Assembly (NCBI GenBank): GCA_965235115.1
Contig: OZ249439.1
Span: 8,928,001-8,992,000, forward strand
Direction: 5' to 3'
Source: Laetmonice hystrix
Lineage: Eukaryota
DNA: 64,000 nucleotides
Under the pieces are notes generated by a model, which saw only the letters and a list, made by a program, of their open reading frames with translations, did not search any database and was not told the origin of the DNA. This document shows positions 28,161 through 41,760 of the stretch, piece by piece. The stretch's first letter is position 1, and each line of letters opens with the position of its first letter. Made by a program: the position numbers and the translations under genes.

Positions 28161-29590
28161 CGTACCTTACGAAAGCGGGTTTTGCTGAATTAAGTTCGCA
28201 TGCAGATTTATTTCCACACTTTCGCAAGTTTGCCAAGCGGTTAACATTTCCAAAGGATGCCTTGATTGGCCAAAACCTGCAGGTAAGAAAGCATCTTCTG
28301 TGGCATGTAGCGACACGGCCAGGTAAGGGGCGATCCACCAATACACCAAGGTGTCAGACATATGTGACAACATGTGACAATAGCCTACTTACCTAGTAGT
28401 TAACGTCCGACCATATGTCCAGGGTGACAACTTTCTCAGTGCTGTCCGGCAGAGGAACACCCAGCAGAACGCCCTCACAAACTTGGCTCAAGTCGCAGGA
28501 TTCAGGATCTATCCGTCTGCTAGTCGCTGTGTCTCACACAGTCCGTCACAGGCTGGCGTCTGAGACCGTCTGACGGTGGGGCGCTGCCTCCAGCGTCCGT
28601 TATAACGTCACGTTGTCAGCAGATCAGTGCCGTCTGGCCGACCACCAGCTCGGCCAGCGACCACCAACACTGACCATTCACTGCCAAGCCAGGCCACGGT
28701 AAGCCTGCTCTTCTGCCAAGTAATTTAGACAAGGATTACCCGTCAAGGCGCCGCATATTGCGGCAGGAGTAGGCTGTACAATCCTTAAAGCTACAGCGGA
28801 CCGCCTGTGATAGACAGAAGGCCGGGGGAGATGCACAAGTTGGGCGCCCGTTACCGTGTGGGACGGGCAGGTAAAAGTGTGCTGCGTCTCCTACCACAAC
28901 CGTAAACCATACACTGCCCTCGGCTCAGGAAGTTTGCCTGACCGAGAAATTTGATTGGTTGAGCGAGGAGGACTTCTGATGGGATGGTTTGCGGTAGGCG
29001 GCGTTGTTCGGGGAGAAAAAGGTACCGCTCGAAATGATACCAGACCGTTCCGTTCAACTGAGCGCAGTCGACGAACACAGCCCGACTAGCACGCCCCTAG
29101 CGGCGAGAACGTCAGGCGGGAAAATGCGGCGCACAGAGAGCAGCGCGTTCCTGGCTGGCAGCGTTTACACCAATCTGGACACAGCGTCTGCTAGGTACCA
29201 GAGTTTTATACACACATATTGGAAGATTTCATACACGTGATCGTCTATAGTTACCATGCGTGTCGGTACGGGACTCGTGCTATCGCGTGGTGTATGCGTA
29301 ACGTCTGCTGCTGACAGGAAGAGAAACGCGCGCGTTTGTCACATGGTTTGTGTACACGTCAGTGACGTGACGAAGACGCCGTCCAATACTTGCCGCCATG
29401 GCTCGGCGTCCTGGCATTCTGCCGAGAACGAGGCTAAGGTTATCGTGGAACCATCCCACGGCCGAAACCAGCGCCGGTTTGCCAACATTGGAATACAAGA
29501 GCTAGACATGCAACAACACTCGGGAAGCGCTTTATCCGCAAAGGTTGCAATCTGCACACGGCACGCATCCAACCGGTCCGACCACAACGG

Positions 29591-29604
29591 CCACCAGGGG
29601 GCGT
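29591..29604 (+). promoter_or_regulatory. CTCF-consensus-like motif
   Basis: CCACCAGGGGGCGT matches the CTCF core; binding is not demonstrable from sequence. Confidence 0.4.
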
Positions 29605-31795
29605 GCGAACAGACCACGTGTTGCCGGTTACTGTGGTGGGCAAACTAACTCGGTCTGTAACGTTCTGATCAACTCGAGATTTACATCGAATAGATCCACA
29701 TCTCTCTTGTCAAACAATTTCACACTACGCTACATTTCTCCCTACCTTTTCTATTGAAATTCTGACCATTTTAATATATTTATGTTGATATTTATTTGCA
29801 AAAGATGGTGACAAAGGCGACTGATTGAATTATGTTAGCTACATGTCAAAGGAGCCCAAGCCGCGTTTCCTTTTAAGTAATCGACCGAGATTTATTTCAC
29901 GCATACCAGTCAACACTGACTGACGTTATTGAACGCCTCCAAGCCCCCGGTCACTATGGCTGTCTCCCGCCTTTTGTCCACCTGTCAGAAACCCCGAGGA
30001 GAGGGTACGGAAGACAAAAGGGCCTTTCAAAGCTACCCCGAGCAGAGAACATAGCGTTCAACTAAATGCTCGCGTTTCTGACGCTTGGTGGCGACGGTAC
30101 CCGTAATTCGCAGGAAAATGCATTTGGGAATACGGGCATGTTTGCCTTTCATGCGATTCAGGAGCGGGAATCTCATTCAGTGGATTGTGAAATTGCATGC
30201 TGAAGCTTATCACAATAATTTTGCATAAGCCTGAGATATTTTTGTCTTAAACATATTCAGATTGGGTCCCATTTCTCACAAGATTTTGCCCAAACTGGAG
30301 GGAGATATTGTTTTATATTTGCCGATAGAAATAAACAACCCTTTAGGCATGAGATCAGCATCACAAGGAAGTTAGACATGATTTACAACGAACACCTGTC
30401 CTTTATTACTACACTGAATAATAATTCACGTCTTCTCTTGAAATGTTAACCGACCTGCCATTTCTTGTTTAACGTAAACCACAAACTACTTATATCAATG
30501 GTTGCCACATTATCTTCGCCATAGAAACGTTTATTGTAACCACAATGGAATTCATTTCGAATTCGATTGTCGGATTATCCCAATTTCCCTGAGCTGTCGT
30601 AGAGATCCAACACTGCTAACGAGGCGGATTAATTAACGCTGGCCGTGGCTGTTGTTTTCCTTCACGAAGAAAGACGACAACGGTGTTCTTAGTGGATTCG
30701 ACTGATTAAGTCTTACATTCGTGGGCGTTTCAACTTCCCGCCAAAGATGATTCAATCCAAACAAATGTTACATTTTTCTTCAGTTTGGCTGCAGATGCTG
30801 ATCCTACATGGCCGTTAATTAGGCAGAAAATAACGACTGGTAGCCGTCTTATCAGAGTCGCCCCATTGTGACAGTAGTTTACTTTAATCAATTCAATGAC
30901 TGGCGCCAAATACAAACGACTCTGATTGTGGGAAACCCACTCATCGAAATCTACTTTCACTCCGTACCGTAGACGGCACTGGTTTTATAACGTTTTCTTT
31001 AACTTCTCATGACGAAAGTACGAAAGCCCAGAAGTCTCATTCGAAATTTGAAATGCGAAATTCAAATTTCGAAATTCAGATTTCGAAATTCGAAATTTAA
31101 ATAGCCAATCACAAACACCCTTACGTGTTGCTGACTTGCTGGCCAATGAAATAAGCCCATCTAGTTCCTTCATTACCGCAGTATGGCAGTCGGCGTGGCT
31201 CAAAACTAGTCGCGTGAGCCGTGCTAATTGGATCAACGGGAGTCGCGAGTCCTGGCCGAATTGGTTTGGCAGTAGGGTGCGGAAAATCTATTGGTATACA
31301 CTTTTTTTTGTTCGAATCCTGGTCGCTTCTTGAATTTTCCTCCCTGTTTGTGGCCTTTGAGACTAACCCAGCCCACCACAACGTACTGTTTTCCCAATAA
31401 ATAAGAATGCAAGAAGAGAGAGCCCGAACTGATAGTATTATGCGGCTATATGATACATGTACAATGTATATGTAATTCTTGTAGATACTGATTGGTAGAT
31501 AGAATCTTAAAAAAGTAAAACAAAAAGTCGAGTGGATACATAATATACTTAGCAGCATTAAGAGAATCTTCTAGCTTGGCGCCATAATCGTGTCAAACTT
31601 TTACTGCAGACACCACGCACTTATAAATCTAAAAACGTCAATGCTGGATGCATGTAGCGCAGGTGAGAAACGTGTCACCCATGCAGAACTAATTTTGATG
31701 GTCGATGTCTGGAGTTGACAAAGACATGCAGGAACCACAGTCTGTACGTTTTCTCCCAAAGCTCGACGATAGACATTGTGACAACTGCTGCAATG

Positions 31796-32466
31796 CTCAT
31801 TGTCTCCCTGTATTCCAGGCCTGGTGTTTTCATTGTCTCCCTGTATTCCAGGCCTGGTGTTTTCATTGTCTCCCTGCCCTGCCAGGCCTGGTGTTTTCAT
31901 TGTCTCCCTGCCCTGCCAGGCCTGGTGTTTTCATTGTCTCCCTGTATTCCAGGCCTGGTGTTTTCATTGTCTCCCTGCCCTGCCAGGCCTGGTGTTTTCA
32001 TTGTCTCCCTGCCCTGCCAGGCCTGGTGTTTTCATTGTCTCCCTGCCCTGCCAGGCCTGGTGTTTTCATTGTCTCCCTGTATTCCAGGCCTGGTGTTTTC
32101 ATTGTCTCCCTGCCCTGCCAGGCCTGGTGTTTTCATTGTCTCCCTGCCCTGCCAGGCCTGGTGTTTTCATTGTCTCCCTGTATTCCAGGCCTGGTGTTTT
32201 CATTGTCTCCCTGCCCTGCCAGGCCTGGTGTTTTCATTGTCTCCCTGCCCTGCCAGGCCTGGTGTTTTCATTGTCTCCCTGTATTCCAGGCCTGGTGTTT
32301 TCATTGTCTCCCTGCCCTGCCAGGCCTGGTGTTTTCATTGTCTCCCTGTATTCCAGGCCTGGTGTTTTCATTGTCTCCCTGCCCTGCCAGGCCTGGTGTT
32401 TTCATTGTCTCCCTGCCCTGCCAGGCCTGGTGTTTTCATTGTCTCCCTGCCCTGCCAGGCCTGGTG
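31796..32466. repeat. 33/34-bp two-variant minisatellite, 20 copies
   Basis: tgtctccctg-(tattcc or ccctgcc)-aggcctggtgttttcat. The 236-254 aa ORFs here are repeat artefacts. Confidence 0.97.
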
Positions 32467-33816
32467 TAGTGCGGATTAACATGGTAAACTGTGGGCGTTT
32501 GTTTTTATGAGCAGTAGATTATTTCTGTTGTTACGAAGCTATCGTATTTACATGCCCATCACATTTGATTGGTCAGAGTCGCCTGGTAATGTTCGACGGA
32601 ATAGTTTAAGAAGTATGTTTATTTCCTTTCTCGTGTAAAACCACAATGATAAACTAAAACGTTAGCGTAAAAGCGCATTGATCTAAAGGTGGGTAAGTCA
32701 GTGTGCTTAGGCTATGTGCAAAATCTGCACATAAGAGGAAGTGTGTACTAAGCGGAAGTACAGCATCGCCGGAAGTAGCCAGAGTGGTGATGGCCGTGAG
32801 GACGGCCCGGATATTCCAGGGTCGTTGATGACCATGACGTGGGGCCCTTCATCCGTGCCATGTCCGTCACGGTCACCACGTGACCTGGGGCTCGCTGATT
32901 GGACGGCAATCCGACTGGCGGCGATTCGTGGCTCCTGGTTCCGCGGGGTGAACAGGAGCACGATGGTCAACAGGAAAAATGAAATGAGAATCTGGCAACA
33001 ATATGAGAATCTCGTGACAATACCAAAGCAATTTGTGTGGTTCTTCCAAAAGATTGATAGCAAGAAGACAATTCGCCAAGTTCTGATCGTTATTGTGTCG
33101 GGGCAGCTGAGCCGAGGCGGTGAATCGCGCGTCGTGTCCGTATCGCGCGTCATCACCCGGAGGCCGTGACCGCAATACGAAATGTCGCGAACCTATTAGG
33201 ATTGTGCTCCGGTCGCAGCGATTTGCGCAAGGCCCCAACTGTCACATATCAATGTGACACCGACGCCGGCTCGACCGGGTGATGTATTGTATCTTGGTCT
33301 TGTATTGTTGTTGCTTCAAGATCCGCTGGCAATAGGAGAGGCTAAAAACAAGAAAAAAAGTATTGCCACGCACATTTTACTGGAGGAGCAATAGAGTTTA
33401 ATGTTGTTATGTTTTGTAATCTCAGGTAGAAGATATGATTTCTGTAATATAACTTCTCATAGCTTTCATACAGACCACTTCCACTCTTACCATCCATCAC
33501 ATTTTATTTTCCTGGTAATTGATTTAACATTCCATAAATGAGATTTGTCAAAAAAAAAGTTGAAAGGTTTCCAGGAATGTTTCTTCTTGGATCGTCCATT
33601 GACATGCAAAGTTGAACTTTTAGGAGCGGACCAGTGCATTGTTCCAGGTCCTATTATTGTGGTTCTGTCTCATCCCCGCCCCCACACGGACTGTCCGTTC
33701 GATTTATATTAAATTTTGACCTCATCGCTCATCATGCCCGTCCCAATACTCTGGCGGCCTCCACACCTTGCGTAAGAAACATGACGGCAGTCCCCATGGT
33801 ACAACGGTCCACATAT

Positions 33817-33955
33817 NNNNNNNNNNNNNNNNNNNNNNNNNNNNNNNNNNNNNNNNNNNNNNNNNNNNNNNNNNNNNNNNNNNNNNNNNNNNNNNNNNNN
33901 NNNNNNNNNNNNNNNNNNNNNNNNNNNNNNNNNNNNNNNNNNNNNNNNNNNNNNN
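33817..33955. other. Assembly gap (139 N)
   Basis: N run. Confidence 1.
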
Positions 33956-34386
33956 GAGTCAGAGACAGACACAGGCACAGAATCAGAGATAGAGACAGAC
34001 ACAGGCACAGAGTCAGAGTCAGAGACAGACAGATATACGCGCCCTAACGTTCAATCTTTCCGGACGATACTAGAACAAAGAACCTGATGTACGTTATATG
34101 GACGTTCTGTTATCATAAACAGTGATCAGTGACACTGTGACAGACAGAGTCAGAGACAGATTCAGAGACAGAGTCAGAGACAGGCACAGAGTCAGAGATA
34201 GAGACAGACACAGGCACAGAGACAGAGGCAGAGTCAGAGACAGACACAGGCACAGAGTCAGAGACAGAGACAGACAGATATACGCGCCCTAACGTTTAAT
34301 CTTTCCGTACGATACTAGAACAAAGAACCTGATGTACGTTATATGGACGTTCTGTTATATCATAAACAGTGATCAGTGACACTGTT
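33956..34386. repeat. ~245-bp tandem duplication containing a (CAGAGA)-type hexamer tract, next to a gap
   Basis: The ~110-bp block gatatacgcgccctaacg...gatcagtgacactgt occurs twice, each time preceded by the hexamer tract. Confidence 0.9.
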
Positions 34387-35853
34387 GAGTGATGACAAAT
34401 GTTGAACACAACAAGCGAGGTCATGCCAGATAAACTCCTTACCAAGGTTTCATATTGAGAGGATCATTCGATTGGATCCTTTTAGTTCTGTCGCCTTTTT
34501 GAATTTTTCAGCAGAGAAAATTCTACTGGGAGTATCTCTGGGAGTGACGATAATTATGAAGTTGGAGGTTTCCAACGTTTTGATTCCCCATCGAGGGACA
34601 CGACTGGGCCCTGAGCTTATCATCCTGGGACCGCCTAACACTATATTGACACAGAACACAAAGGGAAACTATTTTAAGTCACCTGTCAATTTGTATTAGA
34701 ATATAAAGGAAAAGGTGTAAAAGTTATAGTATTCAATGAGAGGAATAATCAGGAAATCTTCTAGTGATAATTACAGATCATTTATTGGGTATAGAATTGG
34801 GAATGGTGCTATGTTAGACACATATACAGTCCGAAGAGAATGAGTATTAGAATAATGACAGTCATGATAACTGCATTGTCAACATTTACAAAATAATCTT
34901 TCGTCTTAGATACGCTTAAATTATCCCCATTATTTGGCACGATTTGAATTATTGTTCGGTATATTATTAATTTTCACCGTCATGATCATTAACACTTCCT
35001 TGATTAACTTTATAATTATTAAGTCGAATCAGTATTTTTCACCGATGTTTCATTTGATTAATATTCGGTATACATAGACACCTTATTATACCGGTAATCG
35101 GATGTTATCATGCTCAAAGCCTATTTTGATGTTATCTAACCGTTATTGTAATCGAAAGATTCTCTGTGGTGATTTAATAATTGAGGTTTCTTTAGCCTAA
35201 CATGGCGCCTCCCATGGCTTCCCGTGGAATGCAGTAGAGTGATGGTACTTAATGGCCTGGGCTGAATGTAAATCACTGGTTGTCCTATGAGCAGGCAACC
35301 GTTATATTCTGGAAATGTAATCTTGGCGCAATGAGCCGGGGAACGAAGCGCGAACAATGGCGAGTAATGGGATTTAAATGTCGTCGGGCCAGCCGCCCAG
35401 GCGGGCGGGATGACGTGGTCGATCTGGTCGGGGTAATTTTGGTCAGACTAAATTATATTGCCTACGTGATAGATCAAGGCGTCACTATCACGAGGAAAAA
35501 TCTAGATCTGGCTAATTGACGTGATAGTTACCGTGCTTGGGTTGGTGGCCTTGCCGTGTTGTTTGAGTCGACCAACGCCGGGTTAGGCTGAGACCTAGAA
35601 CCATACTGGTCGCGATCGCTGATTACAGTCACTCGTCAAAGCTCATCATTTTGATCCAGCGTCTGTCTCGTCTGATATTTAGCTCCCGGACATGAATGTT
35701 CATGGCCCTGCCAGTATTTCCCCACGGGAGGGTGGGTTTAACTTAGTACGCAGGTCTCGCCAACCCTCACCGCCATATTTCCCTCGGGTTGGCCGATCCT
35801 ATACACGTGTCGGTATCGGATAATGGGAACACATGACGACTGATGCCGGTCGC

Positions 35854-36028
35854 CCCCTCCCCCAGCCCCTAGCCCCCTCCCCCAGCCCCTAGCCCCCTCC
35901 CCCAGCCCCTAGCCCCCTCCCCCAGCCCCTAGCCCCCTCCCCCAGCCCCCTCCCCAGCCCCTAGCCCCCTCCCCAGCCCCTAGCCCCCTCCCCAGCCCCT
36001 AGCCCCCTCCCCCAGCCCCTAGCCCCTA
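35854..36028. repeat. ~20-bp C-rich minisatellite
   Basis: cccagcccctagccccctcc, about 9 copies. Confidence 0.95.
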
Positions 36029-37017
36029 GGGAGTCGGCAGTTAGTGGGTAAATGATGGGTGACAACCGTGGTCAGTCTGACTGACCGCTCGACCGGCCCC
36101 ACTGACCATCACTCGGCCGCAGTGATCGACCTTAAACCCGTAACCATACGACCGCCCGGCCACACCTGGCTCGGCGGCCCTCGGCTAGTGTCGGCGGCCC
36201 TCGGCTAGTGTCGGCACAATCTGGACGAGCTGGAACCGTGTGGCGGTGGGAAGAGGAAGGGAGGGGACTGGTCACCTCATGAGCCGGGGCAACGAATTTG
36301 GTCTAAACTTCTCCCAACTATGAATACCTTCCGAAATAACCCCTGGTGGGGGACATCGAATAGGTCCTGACCTTGTCGGTCCCACTCTTCCCACGGTTGG
36401 GCCCACCACGGGGGGTCCTACGAAAGGAATATGTGGCATGTCCCGTGCCATCCTGACTGGTCGCTGTTATCACCTTCAAAGAATTTTCTTTTTCTTTTTG
36501 GGTGGGGGTTGGGGGCGCTCAACCCTCAGACCGTACCGCTACATGTGGCTGAATCCACCCATGAAAATGCCTGCCAAACCTATGAGACCTTTATAGGGGA
36601 CACGGTATAGTATTGACCTTTCCCTGGATAGGTTGAGCTCATGACTTTGGAAAAATCATGGGGGACCCAGCCCCTATACGGCCGGTTCCGTTGTTCCTGC
36701 AGTTTCTTGGTCAGCCTTTATATGTACAACGTGTGCTCGCCCATATGGACCATGTCACTGCCATCATGCCCAAACACCCACACTCAGCTGAAGCGCGCAA
36801 GGGCAGAGATTTCCCCGGAGAAATGACTTGTGTGGGTATACCAACGCTCCTGTGCCCATCTATCAGATACCATTTTGGTTTTGTTCATTTATTGGTTTAT
36901 GTAGCCTAGGCCCAGATACACAGACCGATTTACGGCCGATTTTGAGATACGGCCGAATTCTCGCCATAGTTTTCCGGCCGATGTCGAATGATCACCGGCG
37001 AAATCGTGTCTGTGTCT

Positions 37018-37637
37018 GTCGTTTGGAGAATGGCTGGTCGTGTGAGTCGTCGTTTGGAGAATGGCTAGTTGTGAGTCGTCGTTTGGAGAATGGCTGGTGG
37101 TGTGAGTCGTCGTTTGGAGAATGGCTGGTGGTGTGAGTCGTCGTTTGGAGAATGGCTGGTGGTGTGAGTCGTCGTTTGGAGAATGGCTGGTGGTGTGAGT
37201 CGTCGTTTGGAGAATGGCTGGTGGTGTGAGTCGTCGTTTGGAGAATGGCTGGTGGTGTGAGTCGTCGTTTGGAGAATGGCTGGTGGTGTGAGTCGTCGTT
37301 TGGAGAATGGCTTGTCGTGTGAGTCGTCGTTTGGAGAATGGCTTGTCGTGTGAGTCGTCGTTTGGAGAATGGCTGGTCGTGTGAGTCGTCGTTTGGAGAA
37401 TGGCTGGTCGTGTGAGTCGTCGTTTGGAGAATGGCTGGTCGTGTGAGTCGTCGTTTGGAGAATGGCTGGTCGTGTGAGTCGTCGTTTGGAGAATGGCTAG
37501 TTGTGAGTCGTCGTTTGGAGAATGGCTGGTCGTGTGAGTCGTCGTTTGGAGAATGGCTGGTCGTGTGAGTCGTCGTTTGGAGAATGGCTTGTTGTGTGAG
37601 GCGTCGTTTGGAGAATGGCTGGTCGTGTGAGTCGTCG
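37018..37637. repeat. 31-bp minisatellite, about 20 copies
   Basis: gtcgtttggagaatggctggtcgtgtgagtc. Confidence 0.97.
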
Positions 37638-39046
37638 AGTTTTACTTCACGTAATCTACTGTAGAGGCCCCTCTGTAGGTTCCTGCTGATGCTCCTAGAA
37701 GAGATCTTGGTTTGGTCACGTGACAGTGGAGCCGATTACACCCTCTACTGATTTGACCCGGCTCTCATATATATACGGCCGGTTCCGTTGTTCCTGCAGT
37801 TCATTGGTCAGCCTCTATATGTTAGCGCTCACAAGTTCACAAGAAATATACACCCGCTAGCGTTTCACCTTGAACGCGGGTCTGCGATGTGAATCTTTTT
37901 GGTTGGAAATAGACCTTATTTTACACTCAACTGTACTGTTGGTGTTGATCTGAATATTATAGCAACGAGACGTTAGTAGCAACCAAAGTTGACAAGAATT
38001 GGTTCCCGTTTTAATTCGCTGCACAGACCTCTTTCTACCGGTGATCCAGAGGCCGTCGACTCTTGACGCTCATCATCTCAGTATCTGTGCCCGTGTGGTC
38101 CGCTGACAGCATAACGTCCCCCTACACGACCCGCAGATAGTAAGGAGGGGGGGGGCTAACTCCTGAGGGGGGTTGGGGGGGGGGGCGCTAGGGTTTAACG
38201 TCAGTACCAACAAGTAGACAGAACTGTCGCCGTAAATTCCAAGACAGTCAGACTCTCCACCTCGCATGAAAACACAATGTGAGAGTAATTATCGAAATCA
38301 ATTATCTGCGCGTTTGTAAAAAGCAGGACCAGCGCGCTGGCATTCGGCGGGTGATGTTTGTATTCCCGTTGGCTATTGTCATGCAAGGAGCGGAGAGAGA
38401 AGTTTTATATTGGACCGCGTGCCGGGTTTAGTAACTCCCCCCTCCAACCTCGCCTAGGATGGGCGAGGATTAGGAGAGAATTAGATTATGTCTAAGCTTC
38501 GCTATCTGAGCGGCCCAAGAATACGGTGAAAGCAAAGATCACAATCGGTGGGGGGTCTGGTAATGCTGGCCGCGCGCGCAGAGAGTACCAAGCGTACCAA
38601 GAGTACCCTTGGTACGCTCTGTCAGAGGAGATAAAACCTAATCAACTTTTAAAATAAATTGACTCATTCGCTTCGTTTACAAGTACTCTCCTCTAAATAC
38701 GAACCCATTCAGCAGCAAAGAAATAATTTAATAATTGCCATCACGTTCTTGCCTTGGATCATTAATTATTCCAATTAAGCAATTTTATTCACAGTGTTGG
38801 TGCGAATGCGCTAATTACCTAGCGTAAATTTGAGCTAAATCTCACCAACTTGCTCCCGATCGTGGCTGCCTGAACACTTTACCAACGACAGCAACACTGA
38901 CAAGAAACGAAGTCCAGCTAATGTGGATTTTATCTATTGCCTCCTTTTAACGCACTCTCATGAATCATCCAGGACCCTATTTTCATATTCATAATCTAAT
39001 CGTCCTATTAAAAGCCCATTAGTGATTTCCATAATTCAGCACTGTA

Positions 39047-39328
39047 TTGTCCGAGCGACAGGAGCCTCTGTGCTGTCCAAACATGTCGCTCCATGCACGG
39101 AACGGTCCGAGCGACAGGAGCCTCTGTGCTGTCCAAACATGTCGCTCCATGCACGGAACGGTCCGAGCGACAGGAGCCTCTGTGCTGTCCAAACATGTCG
39201 CTCCATGCACGGAACGGTCCGAGCGACAGGAGCCTCTGTGCTGTCCAAACATGTCGCTCCATGCACGGAACGGTCCGAGCGACAGGAGCCTCTGTGCTGT
39301 CCAAACATGTCGCTCCATGCACGGAACG
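39047..39328. repeat. 56-bp tandem repeat, 5 near-identical copies
   Basis: gtccgagcgacaggagcctctgtgctgtccaaacatgtcgctccatgcacggaacg. Confidence 0.97.
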
Positions 39329-41227
39329 CCGACGGTAGTTACATCTTAGTACAACAAAAAGATGCTTCCGACAGTTGGCCATGTCATGTATGACATTAAG
39401 AGGTGACAATGGTGAAATACTACCCGGCACATCACATGTAGACGTATGTCTCGAGGAGAGTGAGCCGTAGATAAATGTTGTGATATTGTCCAGTTTACGG
39501 ACGACCTTGGATTCAATACGAGATCTGTCGCCGAAAGGAGCTGATAGCGGCGTCGATCGCTCGCCTCCTGTAACCTGCCGAGAAGGTCAAAACAGACACT
39601 GGAGGAGGTCTAAGTGAGACTTCTCCACGGCATGGATTCCGATTACCCTGCTCCCCCTGGGTCTAGGGATATCGACTGCATGGGGACCGACACCGGACGA
39701 GGTGAGACGGTCAACCAAGGTATGCATGGTGCTGCTTTCCTGGTGGCATTGGCGGCCGAGGTCTGGGTGGGGGTGTGGGTAGGGTGGGTGAGGGCGTGGG
39801 GGTGTGGGTAGGGTGGGTGGGGGCGTGGGTAGGGTGGGCGGGGGCTTGGGTAGCCTGGGGTGGATGAGGGGCGGGGGCTCAGATGCTGGCCGGTGTGTCG
39901 ATCTGGCCCATCGGCCGATGGACCTGAACCGTGCCCGAAGGCTGATGGGGGCAGGCGGCATGCCTACCTGGAAAGGTACAAATTCTCAGTAGGCCTACAT
40001 TCTGGTGCAGTCTATGAGAGCTCCATTAGATGTTCAGTTCACAACATAATTTATGGCATGTATGTGTGGGTGGGGTAGAGGTTTACGGACTCCCCCTGGG
40101 TACATGGTGAGGGGGGGGGGGGGGTCGGAGAAAATGTTTCAAACAACCAATTTACACAGCTGGGATAATCTTGGATGCAGATCAGCCTTGGGATAAGTCC
40201 ATTCCCAGTAAGTTGTATATAAATCGCATGGCGACCTCCACATCAGCTGGAGTTGACCTGTAACCTGTCCTAGATAACGATGATTTATTGGCCTTTAGTG
40301 AATGCCATCATGAAGCCAGGTTTTCTCCGAGGTCGGAGTGAATACTGACAGCGGACCACCTCTACAGTCGGCGGCATCGATTAACGATCAACACAATAGG
40401 AAACGTTTACTGAGGTCACCATACCGGAAGTGACCCCCATCCAATCACTCTCGGCCCTGGCAGTCATGGTGTCGGTCCCTGGAGTATAGGGAGGTGGAGT
40501 CAGGTGGTGATCGACAGGCTTTAGGGGCTGGAAGTGGAAACCTGCTCTAACCAGCTCCTAGCGACTGGTGCCGGTTCCTAACCAACTGAAGTCCCGACTC
40601 TAGGTTATCGAAATGAACACGCCGAGACCGCTGTCCCAGTGTGAGGGTTTGTTCTAAGACATGTTTTGCGTCTAAAGATTTGATAAATTTACGATCTAAA
40701 GACTTGGGTCACCACATTTCCACATTTCAAGCTCCAACTATGGATGCATCCACGGCTCTGACGCCCACTTAATGTCTATAGGACATAGATATACGGAAGC
40801 GCTTCAAACACACTTCAGACATAGAATGATACATTTGAGTACAGCAGAAACAGGAGAACCTTTTTTTCTTCGTTTTAACGAATTAATGTTTTTTTTTCTC
40901 TGAGACTATTAATCTAGAGATGTCCAATTATTGCATGAGACGGAGCATATGATGAGTCGTATATGATGACGGATGCTCGCCGTTCATGACTGAAAAAAAT
41001 GTATGCTTAAGTTAACCAATCAAATCAGCTTTGTATATTATCGGCGGCGGTATACTGGGAGACAACCTTAACGTATTGACCTCATAACATGTGTCACGTA
41101 TTCTTCCGCTTGATGGAATACAGGATAAAATAGGGCCGCCCCGCTTTATACAGGATAAAACAGGGCCGCCCTGCTTTATACGCTGGATTGGGCCGTTGAT
41201 AGAGTGCGTGGCTATATCTCCCATTCT

Positions 41228-41760
41228 CCCCCAGGAAGATTATGGGAACTGGTGGCCATCTTGAATGTTGATAAAATCAGAAATGTAATCGGCATCCGGA
41301 AAAACCTCAGAATCGACTTAAATTTCATCAAAATCGGTCCGCTGGGGGCTGAAAATAGGCTATTTCCGGTTAACTGGTGGTCATCTTGAATGTTGAATAT
41401 TTCAAAAATGTATTCAGCACCCATATACACCTCGGAATCCACTCAGCTTTCATAAAAATGTGTCCATTGGGAGCTGAAATACGGACATTTCCGGTTAATT
41501 GGTGGCCATCTTGGATTTCGAAAATATCAGGAATGGAATCAACGTCATCGACCCCCCCCCCCGAAAAGCACCCGATCGTCAACATCGGTCAAGGGGTTGT
41601 TGAGATATGGCCAAACCCATGCTAATTAGGCTAAGATTCATGCTAATTAGCTAATTAAAAATTACCCCCAAAAATAAGCCTTTGTGGACAGGGGCACCTG
41701 GACTGAATGTTACGAACCTTTCTAACGGTGTCGAATGCCGTGAAAATGCCTTGTAACCTA
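41228..41760. mobile_element. Non-autonomous repeat with three diverged ~124-bp subunits (tggccatcttga motif)
   Basis: aactggtggccatcttgaatgttga at about 41248, 41371 and 41497, each of the first two ending ...atttccggtt. The family is not identified and the boundaries are approximate. Confidence 0.45.

Noticed and set aside
28165-28282. Protein-like YLTKAGFAELSSHADLFPHFRKFAKRLTFPKDALIGQNLQ ending at CAG|gtaaga
   Set aside because: An in-frame TGA lies immediately upstream and there is no credible acceptor; the same site also reads as a minus-strand acceptor.
29415-29500. Kringle-like C...G*GYRGT-x9-CQHW
   Set aside because: In-frame stop before GYRGT and no NYCRNPD/PWCY half; no splice signals.
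31040-31098. Palindromic gaaatttcgaaattc cluster
   Set aside because: Low-complexity short repeats with no defined element boundaries.
31705-32510. Longest ORFs in the track (236-254 aa, Cys-rich)
   Set aside because: They are translations of the 33/34-bp array, open in several frames on both strands. The same applies to the ORFs at 2849-3819, 4335-5339, 18044-18775 and 39008-39430.
32707-33238. Three overlapping 120-150 aa ORFs
   Set aside because: GC-rich region open in several frames; no recognisable domain or splice structure.
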